DNA of 64,000 nucleotides from the NCBI GenBank assembly GCA_963695855.1, contig CAVOHZ010000010.1, positions 1,056,001 through 1,120,000 on the forward strand, given 5' to 3'. Source of the DNA: an uncultured Nitrososphaerales archaeon (GTDB taxonomy: Archaea > Thermoproteota > Nitrososphaeria > Nitrososphaerales > Nitrososphaeraceae). The translations under genes were made by a program, and so were the position numbers. The notes beneath the pieces were generated by a model. The model had not been told where the DNA came from, ran no database searches, and saw only the letters and a list, made by a program, of their open reading frames with translations. Position 1 is the stretch's first letter; every line of letters starts with the position of its first letter. Of this stretch, positions 44,268 through 53,720 are shown one piece after another.

Positions 44268-44521
44268 TATATCTGGGAGAAGACGCCAAATAATGAGCGA
44301 TTGTCAGATTTATTGTGTATAATATTCATAATTGTAAAATCATATTATTTGATGATCTAACTAAATAATTTTGAATAAAGAAATAGAGACACGTAGAATG
44401 GTTCGTGGAATAGCTTTAAGTCAGTATTTTACAACTTTCTTTTCTGTAGATTTGGAATAAAAAGAGGATAATGGATGCTTAAGATATCTATATTTTAAAT
44501 ATCATTATATTAAACCATATA

Positions 44522-45964
44522 TTGGTTATCTTGAATCAAGATTTTTGGCATAATATATTTAGATATAAAGAATATGGTTTTGAACCTCTTAATTGGATTG
44601 CTAATTTTTCTAATGAAATTGATCAGGACGTATTTGAAAATTCTATAAATAGGATTAAAGGTACAAACGCGAAATTTACACCAGATTGGATTGACTATTT
44701 CATTAAATATGAAGGAAAAGTACCTGAATTAACAAGGAGATTTTATGATTTCATAGATCCAGAAGGTTCACAAAGCGAAACTGGAATTAAAAAAGCATTA
44801 ACAATCATTTGTATGAATAGTGACATTAGCGAAGATGCAGAAAAAAGATTCAGTCTGTTGTATAATTTTATTAGTGGTTTTAAATCTAAATTTAATACAA
44901 AAAAAGTAGCAGTATTAAACACTTCATCAAAAAAACAGTTTGCATTATTGGATTTTATAGAAACAAGAAGAGGAAATAAAATTGGATACATACTCGCAAA
45001 TAATTATGTCACACAAGTTACTGATGTTATGGATATACCTGAATCAGAAATTCATACTCAGATTACAGTATCAGGTGCCATGGAAAATTTAAACCTTCTA
45101 GGGTGTACATCGGAATTTAGAATATTTCCGATTTATGATGGACCTACAGAAGAGATTCTAGATATTACAAGAAAGAATTTTGATTTATTTACACTCTCAA
45201 ACAATATCTACATGGAGGATTATCCTTCTTTGAAAATAGGAAATCTCTTTTTTGGTGCAACATCTACTGCAACTACATTCAAAGAATTACCCTTGAGATA
45301 TGATGATACAGAAGAAGGAATGAATTTAATAATTACAGACAAATTCGGGTCGATAATACCACTCAATTTATTCTTATTAACACAGATCAATGAAGAAAAT
45401 ATTTCATTGTTTGAAAAGAATGGGGTTTCTTATGAGACCTTGAAACACACTAAGGATATGATTTTCAAAAACATGGTTCACCCCAGATTTGAGCTGGGAA
45501 GGATTATTAACAAATATTGTCCAGATTTTGGAGGAAAATACGATAAGTCTCAACATATTACTGCAGTGTTTCCGATTCTGACAAAAGGATTATTGGCTAT
45601 AAAACTTCTATCTCAATATACAGATAGCGAGATAAAGATACAGAAGATTCCGATAAAATATCATGATATCGCTTGCTATGCAGTAAAAGAATATTTTTTG
45701 CAAAATCCAACCTCTTCTGTTAATGGTTGTCATGCAATAATAGCAAGCAGAGAGTTGACAGATTCGATAATTCAAGATTTAAAAAAGATAAATCTCGAAC
45801 CAGAGGTTATAGGAAGTATTGGTCGGAAGGGAAAGTCCTTCCTTGATATAAGAGACATCAATTTTGATAAATATTTTCTGCCTAGATCAAAAATGCACAA
45901 AAAGTTAAGAACCTTTAGACCAAAGGAACCAAACAAAAACATGATGGAGACCAAAAGAAATTAA
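44522..45964 (+). CDS. SelD/AIR-synthase-related protein associated with sulfur metabolism
   Basis: PIYDGPT, FFGATS, TSSVNGCHAI, PEVIGSI PurM/SelD-like segments; divergent from cysH-sat. Confidence 0.65.
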   Translation: MVILNQDFWHNIFRYKEYGFEPLNWIANFSNEIDQDVFENSINRIKGTNAKFTPDWIDYFIKYEGKVPELTRRFYDFIDPEGSQSETGIKKALTIICMNSDISEDAEKRFSLLYNFISGFKSKFNTKKVAVLNTSSKKQFALLDFIETRRGNKIGYILANNYVTQVTDVMDIPESEIHTQITVSGAMENLNLLGCTSEFRIFPIYDGPTEEILDITRKNFDLFTLSNNIYMEDYPSLKIGNLFFGATSTATTFKELPLRYDDTEEGMNLIITDKFGSIIPLNLFLLTQINEENISLFEKNGVSYETLKHTKDMIFKNMVHPRFELGRIINKYCPDFGGKYDKSQHITAVFPILTKGLLAIKLLSQYTDSEIKIQKIPIKYHDIACYAVKEYFLQNPTSSVNGCHAIIASRELTDSIIQDLKKINLEPEVIGSIGRKGKSFLDIRDINFDKYFLPRSKMHKKLRTFRPKEPNKNMMETKRN

Positions 45965-45971
45965 ACTAAAT

Positions 45972-46000
45972 TAGGTAGGATCTTCTTACTAACCTGCCTA
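45972..46000. terminator. Hairpin between convergent genes
   Basis: TAGGTAGG...CCTGCCTA stem (one G-U) between the SelD-like and pyrK stops. Confidence 0.35.
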
Positions 46001-46031
46001 TTTGTTTTCTGGTATAAAATTAGATATATTT

Positions 46032-46874
46032 TCAATATCTAGATTTACGTCCGGATTTATCCCTAAAAAATTTGCCAAACTCGGGCATTACAGACAATTG
46101 TTTTTCATTAAATATTGTTCCGTCGGTACATACAAGTTTATTACCAATGCAACAGCTGGCACATATTCCTATCCCGCATTTCATATATCTCTCAAGACTG
46201 GCCTGAAAGCGAATGGAATAATCCAAGGATATGGTAAAAATATTTTTCATCATCATCTCAGGACCACAAGTATATAAAAAATCAAATTTTTCTTTATTTA
46301 TTATATATTTTATAGCATCAATAACCTTTCCCTTTATTCCAAAAGTGCCGTCTTCAGTGGTTACAATTATTGTATTGCTTGTTTTTGATACTAGTTGTTT
46401 TGCCAAATTGTAAAAAAGGATTTCATTTTTTGTTTTTGCCCCAATTATTAAAGTATATTTTATTTTACAATTGGTTAAAAAATTAGCGAATCGCATTAAT
46501 GGAACTAAACCCGTTCCACCACCTGCCAACATTACGTTTTGAGCATTTTTGTTTATACCAAACGAGTTTCCATACGGACCTCTAATCCCTATCACATCAT
46601 TCAGTTTCTTCTTAAATAATGCAGTTGAACCTATACCATGTTTTCTAATGGTGATTCCTGCATAACCTAATTTCTTTGAAAACATTACACTCATCGGCAG
46701 TTCTTCGATTCTAGGAATCCATACCATCAAGAATTGTCCAGGTTTAGCATTATACGAAAGAGTGTCTTTGAATATCAGGGTTTTAATCGATGGTGTTTCT
46801 TCAATTACTTGCTCTATTACTACGGTACGAATATTATCAATATCTATGTGCAATTCCAATAATCTCCCTGACAC
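46032..46874 (-). CDS. pyrK: Dihydroorotate dehydrogenase electron transfer subunit
   Basis: PGQFLMVW, RGPYGN, AGGTG, CGPEMM, CGIGICASC..VCTDG. Confidence 0.94.
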   Translation of the reverse strand: MSGRLLELHIDIDNIRTVVIEQVIEETPSIKTLIFKDTLSYNAKPGQFLMVWIPRIEELPMSVMFSKKLGYAGITIRKHGIGSTALFKKKLNDVIGIRGPYGNSFGINKNAQNVMLAGGGTGLVPLMRFANFLTNCKIKYTLIIGAKTKNEILFYNLAKQLVSKTSNTIIVTTEDGTFGIKGKVIDAIKYIINKEKFDFLYTCGPEMMMKNIFTISLDYSIRFQASLERYMKCGIGICASCCIGNKLVCTDGTIFNEKQLSVMPEFGKFFRDKSGRKSRY

Positions 46875-47787
46875 TTTTGTAGCCTTTTTTATTCAAATAT
46901 CCACTAATTCCTTTAATTATTTTATTAATAACACCTAAACCATGATAACCAATAACTGAACCTAACTCTACCGTCGTCGCCCCCGCCAGCATGTATTCTA
47001 TTACGTCTTCCCAATTCATGATGCCACCACAGCCAATCACTGGAATCCTTACTTTTTTCGAGATCTCATAAACACATCTGACACCGATAGGCTTTATAGA
47101 GCTCCCAGAAAGGCCTCCAATTTTATTACTGAGGATAGGCATCCCAGTCTCAGTATTTATTGCCATTGCCCTTATGGTATTTATTGCAGTAATAGCGTCT
47201 GCCCCAGATTCTTCTATTATATCCGCAAGCTTTACTACGTCCAAATTACCTATTCCAACTTTGATAATTACTGGTTTTTTGGTATTTGTTTTAATAGTTT
47301 TAATAATTTTAGTTACCAAAGTAGGATCATCGCCAACCTCCATTCCCATTTTGGCTACGTGAGGACATGATAGATTTATTTCGTATCCAAGAATATTGAG
47401 TTTATCGAACTTTTTAATCAAATATGGGAATTCTGTTGCACTTGAACCCACCAGACTTACAAGTAATGGAACAGTATTATTTGAGATTTCTTCCGAAAAT
47501 GCATCTGCTCCTGGATTTGATAGGCCAATCGCATTTAAATAACTCTTCTGGTTAATTGAAACTATTGTAGGGCCTTTATATCCCTCCATAGGATCAACAC
47601 TTATAGATTTACTAACGATAGCTCCAAAACCTGATTTATATAATCTATTGAAAATTTCTTGAGAGATTCCTAAAAAACCAGATGCTAATAGCAAAGGATT
47701 TCTGAAATGTATTCCTGCAATATCTGTAGACAAATCATTCGAATCAGAACTCTTTTTAAGATTAGTCAGAGTTGGTTGATATTTCAA
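46837..47787 (-). CDS. pyrD: Dihydroorotate dehydrogenase family 1B catalytic subunit
   Basis: LLASG, NAIGLSNPG, INLSCPH, AINT, GGLSG, GCGGI. Confidence 0.95.
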   Translation of the reverse strand: MKYQPTLTNLKKSSDSNDLSTDIAGIHFRNPLLLASGFLGISQEIFNRLYKSGFGAIVSKSISVDPMEGYKGPTIVSINQKSYLNAIGLSNPGADAFSEEISNNTVPLLVSLVGSSATEFPYLIKKFDKLNILGYEINLSCPHVAKMGMEVGDDPTLVTKIIKTIKTNTKKPVIIKVGIGNLDVVKLADIIEESGADAITAINTIRAMAINTETGMPILSNKIGGLSGSSIKPIGVRCVYEISKKVRIPVIGCGGIMNWEDVIEYMLAGATTVELGSVIGYHGLGVINKIIKGISGYLNKKGYKSVREIIGIAHRY

Positions 47788-48175
47788 TAGTATTAGATTA
47801 GAATATTTAAATATCTTCTTAATAGTTGTTCGTTTTCAAATTTTGTTTAAAAATCTTAAAAGTAAAATTAAATTACTATTTCATCATATTTATGCATTAT
47901 AAAATAGATGAATGAATATAATGCAATGTAATTTAATAAGGTGGATTTATATTTTGACAAATCGATTTCAAAAAAATATTATGATCCTCTAATAATAACA
48001 AATATATAATATGTTACTCTATTTATAGTCTATTATAATTTATATAATTCGATAAATTTGGAAGATCCTATGATATAAAATATTGTTCATAATTGCGGTA
48101 AACGATTAATTACATTATCTGGACCTTTACAAGTCGATAACATTTATTATTATTTACTTATATCAATGAAGATGG

Positions 48176-48991
48176 ATGTCACGGCTATTTGATCCTCATA
48201 TTCATATGTATTCAAGAACTACCGATGATTATGAAATTATGTCCAAGGCAGGAATTGAGGTTATCGTTCAGCCTTCTTTTTGGTTGGGAAGTCCTAGAAC
48301 ATCTGTTGGTACCTTTATTGATTATTGGGAACATATGATATCTTTTGAAACTGCTAGGGCAAAACAATTTGGGATAGAGCATTTTGTTTGTATTTCTGTT
48401 AATCCGAAAGAGGCTATACATAGACCTCTCGCATCAGATGCATTAAAAGAAATGAAGAAATTTTTGAACAGGGAAAGGGTTGTAGCTATAGGAGAAATTG
48501 GATATAATCTAATTAATGAATTTGAAGAAGAAATTTTTATTAAACAACTTGAACTGGCATCTTCAAAACATATGCTTGCCATGATTCATTTGCCACATGA
48601 GAACAAGAAAAAAGGTATGGAGAGAATGGAAAAGATAACAGAGACCAAAATTAATAATGGTCAATATAATCGAGATCAGATTTTGATAGATCATAATACG
48701 GAGGAGACTATTGCAAAGACACTTGAATTGGGTTTTTGGGCAGGTTTAACTGTCTATCCCATTACTAAATTAAATCCAAAAAGAGCAATGGATATCATAA
48801 GGAAATATGGTTCTGAACGTATCATGGTAAATAGTGCTGCCGATTGGGGAATTTCGGATCCCTTAAGCGTTCCTCTAGTAGCCAGAGAGATGAAAAAAGA
48901 AGGATTCAACTCTAAAGATATAGAAAATGTTACTTTTTATAATGCGTTCAATTTTTACAAACAATCTGATAAATTTACTTGGAAACCATAA
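48176..48991 (+). CDS. TatD-family hydrolase (EboB-like)
   Basis: FDPHIHMYSRTTDDY, QPSFWLG, NPKEA, IGEIG, DHNTEET, NSAADWG.SDPL. Confidence 0.88.
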   Translation: MSRLFDPHIHMYSRTTDDYEIMSKAGIEVIVQPSFWLGSPRTSVGTFIDYWEHMISFETARAKQFGIEHFVCISVNPKEAIHRPLASDALKEMKKFLNRERVVAIGEIGYNLINEFEEEIFIKQLELASSKHMLAMIHLPHENKKKGMERMEKITETKINNGQYNRDQILIDHNTEETIAKTLELGFWAGLTVYPITKLNPKRAMDIIRKYGSERIMVNSAADWGISDPLSVPLVAREMKKEGFNSKDIENVTFYNAFNFYKQSDKFTWKP

Positions 48992-49039
48992 TTTGTTTGA
49001 AAAGATATTGCCCTAGATTTACCGGCTGGAGATAAATTT

Positions 49040-49876
49040 ATGAAATTAGCTTTTAGTACTAATGCTTTTAAAAAATATTCACTTGATTTTGCAATAAAAG
49101 AAATATCAAAGATAGGATACGAAGGAGTGGAAATATTGTGTGATAGCCCTCATGCGTATCCCCCGGACTTTGCAGATAATAAAATAAATGAAACGCGAAA
49201 ATTGATTTCCGATCTTGGTTTAGGAATTTCTAACCTGAATGCATTTACCATGTACTCCATCGGCGATGTCTATCACCCCTCCTGGATCGAATCCAGTAAT
49301 GAGTTAAGAAAGTCAAGGATCAGTCACACCATAAATTGCATAAATCTAGCAGAGAAATTAGGTGCAAAAAATTTGTCTACGGAGCCAGGAGGACCATTCA
49401 ATTATCAAAAACCAAATGAAGACAGAGATAAACTTTTAAAGATATTTGTAAAGGGCTTGCTAGATGTATCAAAAATTGCGGAAAAAAAAGATATAAAGAT
49501 TCTAGTAGAACCGGAACCATCGTTACTGATTGAGAATTCCACCCAATTTTTAGAATTAATGCGATTGGTAGATTCAGACTACATTAGACTGAATTTTGAT
49601 ATTGGTCATTTTTATTGTGTAGCAGAAGATCCTGTTGCAATTATTAATAAGCTCGTAGATTATACAGAACATTTTCATTTTGCAGATATAGCAAGAAATA
49701 GGGTGCATTACCATTTGAAACCTGGCGATGGTTCTATAGATTTTGTTAAAGTTGTTGAGGCCATAGAAAAAACAGGATATAACGATTTTGTTACCGTTGA
49801 ATTATATCCATATCAAGATAACCCAGTTGAAGTTGCAAAGACTGCGTATGAATATTTGACAACAATTATTCGCTAA
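49040..49876 (+). CDS. Sugar phosphate isomerase/epimerase (xylose isomerase-like TIM barrel)
   Basis: AFSTNAF, EPEP, FDIGH, HFADI, HYHL.PGDG, VELY. Confidence 0.88.
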   Translation: MKLAFSTNAFKKYSLDFAIKEISKIGYEGVEILCDSPHAYPPDFADNKINETRKLISDLGLGISNLNAFTMYSIGDVYHPSWIESSNELRKSRISHTINCINLAEKLGAKNLSTEPGGPFNYQKPNEDRDKLLKIFVKGLLDVSKIAEKKDIKILVEPEPSLLIENSTQFLELMRLVDSDYIRLNFDIGHFYCVAEDPVAIINKLVDYTEHFHFADIARNRVHYHLKPGDGSIDFVKVVEAIEKTGYNDFVTVELYPYQDNPVEVAKTAYEYLTTIIR

Positions 49877-50210
49877 TTCTTCCGAGAAAGTATCATAGTT
49901 TTACTAAATGATTTCAAAAAATAAATTATTTTTATTTTCATCAAATCTTTCTTTTGATTCTAACAGTTTATTGATTGGTTAATTGATTTTTATAATTTCC
50001 CAGAATTCAAAGTAATTGAGAAGCAAGAATGTCGTTAAAAATCAGATGCTTAAAAATCAATAGTTTCTTTTTTTAATAGTAACTAAAAATTAAGACCGTC
50101 CACATGACAATATCATTAGATCATTACAGAATATGACGATTATTTGATTATAATTCAAGTATTTATGGCCAGTAATTCTTATATGGTACGGTCATGTACG
50201 GAATTTTATT

Positions 50211-50606
50211 ATGCCAAAGCCTGGCTTCAAATCGATTACTGTGAGCGAAAATGTTTACAACAAATTCTTCAAGGTATATGAAAAAAGAAAGAATGATTTA
50301 GAATTAAAAGGAATAACAAGCTTTTCGGGATATCTTACAAGTATGATGGAAGAAACTATGATAAAACAGGAGGCTTTTGCAAAACAGGCTCCATTCATGG
50401 AAAAAATATCTATTGATATTGATCGTGTATTACTTAAAGACAATAAAAAAAATAGAATAGTAGAAGTGATCTTGAAAAATGGTGAATTGAGATGCTTGGT
50501 AGACGAAAAGACCGATTGTATTCACATTGGTTTTGTTTATTCTTTACCTGAGGTATATATGATAATGAATAACAAGGGAATAAGAATCCCTAAACCTTTA
50601 CGCTAG
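50211..50606 (+). CDS. Hypothetical protein with N-terminal ribbon-helix-helix-like DNA-binding domain
   Basis: FKSITVSENVYNKF...SFSGYL RHH-like pattern; C-terminal C-x6-C-x-H. Confidence 0.75.
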   Translation: MPKPGFKSITVSENVYNKFFKVYEKRKNDLELKGITSFSGYLTSMMEETMIKQEAFAKQAPFMEKISIDIDRVLLKDNKKNRIVEVILKNGELRCLVDEKTDCIHIGFVYSLPEVYMIMNNKGIRIPKPLR

Positions 50607-50729
50607 TTAACCTCAAGATATTGAAATCTGATCAAAATATTTAAATCGATTTAAATAATATGAATTTATTTCAATAAATATCCTAGTAGGGATTATTGTA
50701 AGAAGGAACTTTTATTGGGTACTGTTAGC

Positions 50730-51046
50730 ATGGAAGAATCCTCAACAAATCAAAAAGTAAAGAATTCAAAATTTGGAACAATATATTAAAAATGTTATGG
50801 TCATGAAAAAAAATACAGCAGAGGAATACCAATTTCGATTAACTAATTTTGAAAAATTTCTTTTATCGTATTACAAAACTAATCTAGATGGGATTGTTCT
50901 AAATAAGATCTTTAAGTAACCATAAAAAAGAAAAACTTGATCCGTACAAGGTCCTTGGATATTACTGTGTATTTTTACAGGAGACTGAAATCGATGCTAG
51001 TACTCTTAAGAATCGTGTGGTAACTGCAAAGAATTTTCTTGAATGA
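50730..51046 (+). pseudogene. N-terminal (core-binding) remnant of a tyrosine integrase
   Basis: Across two frameshifts: MEESSTNQKVKNSKF/EQYIKNVMVMKKNTAEEYQFRLTNFEKFL.../DPYKVLGYYCVFLQETEIDASTLKNRVVTAKNFLE*; catalytic domain absent. Confidence 0.6.
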
Positions 51047-51602
51047 AGAAGAGACAAGGGAAACAATGCAATTTTACAATAATATGTTGATCGACTTTCA
51101 GAAAAATGTAGTATTATCTCAATCACCTAGAGAGATAGCGTATAGGAAATCCATAACGTTACTTGAAGAGATCAAGAATATTGGAGGAATAACCCTATAT
51201 GACTTATTTACACGTGTATGTCAGGGAAACGAATTACTATCAAAATATTTTGGATATGATGAAAATAAAGGATCATTAAAGGTCAGAGATAACATGAAAG
51301 TATCTAATGTATATTATATGTTATTGAATAGCTCAAAGATTAAAAAAATACAAGATAAACCAGTTGTCTTGCAATGACTATGTGGTACATGTGATCCATG
51401 TGATACCCCTAGAGAAGAAGAAATAATTCAAGAATTCACAGAAATAGACAATAATGAAAATAATTTACAATCTGAAACAGGATCACATACATCACATACA
51501 GAAGTACAAGAAGAAGAGAGTGTACCTATACAATTCGGCAAAGGTCCTATACAATTTGGACCAGATAAAGAGAAGAAGAAAAATGCAGGAGCAGAAAAAT
51601 AA
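51039..51602 (+). pseudogene. C-terminal remnant of an element-borne (Rep/primase-like) protein
   Basis: ORF begins abruptly where the integrase ends; ...KPVVLQ*LCGTCDPCDT... continuing to GSHTSHT in a shifted frame. Confidence 0.45.
51380..51497. repeat. Iteron-like 9-bp repeats, 3 direct + 2 inverted
   Basis: ATGTGGTAC/ATGTGATCC/ATGTGATAC (51380-51406) versus GGATCACAT/ACATCACAT (51480-51497). Confidence 0.7.
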
Positions 51603-51662
51603 TAGTTATGAATATTTATAATAAGGATGAGATAGACTGTCTAGAGAAATTAAGGAAAGAGG

Positions 51663-51866
51663 TTGAATGTGGCGGAGATGAAGAACTCATTGTACTTTAA
51701 GAAGTGCGATAATTGCAGTTTAAGATGGGATATCAATAACCTGTATTATATTAATGTGGATAATACGGTACTGTTCTGTTCTATCTGTACAAACAACCAC
51801 TATAGCGAACTGGATAGGAGGAGACGTAGCGACTTGTATACAAGGAGGACGTACGAACAGGATTGA
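51663..51866 (+). CDS. Small zinc-finger-like protein (element-borne)
   Basis: CDNC...CSIC pair. Confidence 0.55.
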   Translation: MNVAEMKNSLYFKKCDNCSLRWDINNLYYINVDNTVLFCSICTNNHYSELDRRRRSDLYTRRTYEQD

Positions 51867-51886
51867 CAGTTTCAAGTGACAGTGTT

Positions 51887-51985
51887 ATGATGGCACTAAT
51901 CTTTGGAGGTGTAGTTATTATATTAATAGCCGTAGCGAGGATGTGGATGAGTCTGAAAGAGTCGAAGGGGAAAACCAGGGAATGA
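51887..51985 (+). CDS. Small single-TM protein (element-borne)
   Basis: MMALIFGGVVIILIAVARMWMSLKESKGKTRE*; an in-frame TTG at 51863 overlaps the upstream stop. Confidence 0.45.
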   Translation: MMALIFGGVVIILIAVARMWMSLKESKGKTRE

Positions 51986-52025
51986 CTCTCGATATTAAAG
52001 AAATAAAGAAAAAAAGATTGTGGGA

Positions 52026-52262
52026 TTATTTTCTAAGGACGTCGACCTGGCCGTTATGCAGCCAATCTTTTAATTCTTCATGTGATGGTTTTGCGTCATG
52101 TTTTCCTGCAAGATGTAGATGTAATAAAACATAATTCACTTGATTTAATAATGGTTTATTACTCTCGTCTCCTTTTCTGGCTTTTTGTTTTAAGTCTGAG
52201 GGCACATTATTCCACCAGTCATTAAAACTTCTCTTTCCTGTAGTACTAGGTACTAAATCCAA
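52026..52262 (-). CDS. Small hypothetical protein
   Basis: Intact, protein-like 78-aa ORF (WWNNVPSDLKQKAR...LNQVNYVLLHLH...KPSHEELKDWL). Confidence 0.65.
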   Translation of the reverse strand: MDLVPSTTGKRSFNDWWNNVPSDLKQKARKGDESNKPLLNQVNYVLLHLHLAGKHDAKPSHEELKDWLHNGQVDVLRK

Positions 52263-52377
52263 AACCTGTTGGGTATGCCTTATTATTTTATCAATTCTAT
52301 ATTTAGAAGAAGTGGAATATAAACAAACATGAGAATAAATACTAAAAGTTCCTATTTATTAGGTGAATAGGTAGTAA

Positions 52378-52841
52378 ATGGGAAATTTCACAGCAAAGGA
52401 AAATAAAATTCTTTTAGCATTGGTTTCTGACCGCATACACTACGGGTTTAGTGAATCCGAGGCCTTAGCATGTATCAGGGCTAGATTAGGGAGAGAAATA
52501 TCACCATAGGCATACTATAACCGCAAGAAACAGGTAGACTCTGACAAATATGCAAAATAATGGCTAAACTATTTTACCCGTATCGGTTTTGTTGTAAAGT
52601 ATAAACAGATAATTGAGATTGTAGAACTATGAAAGATATTTTAAGAGATTGTTTGATTGAACAGTCAAAACCTTATGCACAGAGGAATATAGAACTAATC
52701 CAACCATTACGTTTGGAGATAATGGAAGGATGCAAGATATTGCAGGACTTGAGTTTAGGTACCCCAATTATTGCATAGAGTAAAGCAAAGATAGACAATG
52801 TTGAAATGCCTCAGCCAAGCCAGATAATATCTTATCTTTAA
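52378..52841 (+). pseudogene. Putative terminase small subunit / HTH protein pseudogene
   Basis: MGNFTAKENKILLALVSDRIHYGFSESEALACIRARLGREISP*AYYNRKKQV...K*WLNYFTRIGF...LSLGTPIIA*; several stops and a frameshift; abuts the TerL gene. Confidence 0.55.
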
Positions 52842-53667
52842 TGTCATGTCCAAATGGGCATAACACTAACAAGTTAGATATATTCAAAAACAAACCATTC
52901 TATTTTGAGATTGAAAATGATAACGGGGTAAATCGCTGTTTTAATTGTACGCTAGGCCTACCTAGAAAGAACGATATTGCCAATCCGTTATGGGATTACG
53001 AAAAGTTAATTGTTGATGAATTAGAAAATCATAAATATTTATGGATTCTAAAGAGTACAGGTTTAGGAATTACAGAACTATTCTTACGTTATATGTCTTG
53101 GTTATGTCTACGTAACAACGATTATAATAATAGTCAGTTCGTTATTGTCACTGGTCCAAATATTGATTTAGCATTCAAGTCAATCAAACGTCTAAAAACC
53201 ATGTTTATGGATAGTTTCAATATTACATTTGATTCTAAAGAAACAGTTATCGAATTAAATAATGTAAGGATAGAAGCGTATCCTTCAAATCATATTGATA
53301 GTTTTAGAAGTTTAGATAATCCTAGATTCATATTACTTGATTGATGCGATTTCTTCCGTAAAGGAGAACAGGAGGACGTTAGGGGAGTAGCAGAACTATA
53401 CATAGCAAAATCTAATCCATAAATCGAGATGGTTTCTACTCCTAACGCACCTGGAGGCCTCATACAATCAATAGAACAGGAACTTGAAGATACTGCCTAT
53501 ATAAGCGAATAAAACTAGATTATAGGTATGGACTTTATCGAATATATTCGGAAGAAGATATCGAGAAAGCGAAACAGTCACCGTCCCTTGATAGAGAGTA
53601 CGACTTAAAGTATCTTGGTAAGATTGGAAATCTGTATTCACAGTTATCTATTGAGAATGCACTAGCG
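52841..53667 (+). pseudogene. Terminase large-subunit ATPase-domain pseudogene
   Basis: Walker A-like KSTGLGIT, Walker B FILLD*CDFF (TGA 53342), TAA 53420, motif III MVSTPN, frameshift near 53492, then SPSLDREYDLKY; nuclease domain absent. Confidence 0.8.
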
Positions 53668-53720
53668 ATATACGTTTTTTTAACAATATTTAATATGTTT
53701 ATGCTTTTTAAATATCCTAA

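Larger units (their letters stand above)
50675..53719 (+). mobile_element. Degenerate integrated element (provirus or virus-satellite remnant)
   Basis: Integrase N-terminal remnant, Rep-like remnant, TerS-like and TerL-ATPase pseudogenes, small ORFs; TAAATATCCTA direct repeat at both ends. Confidence 0.75.
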
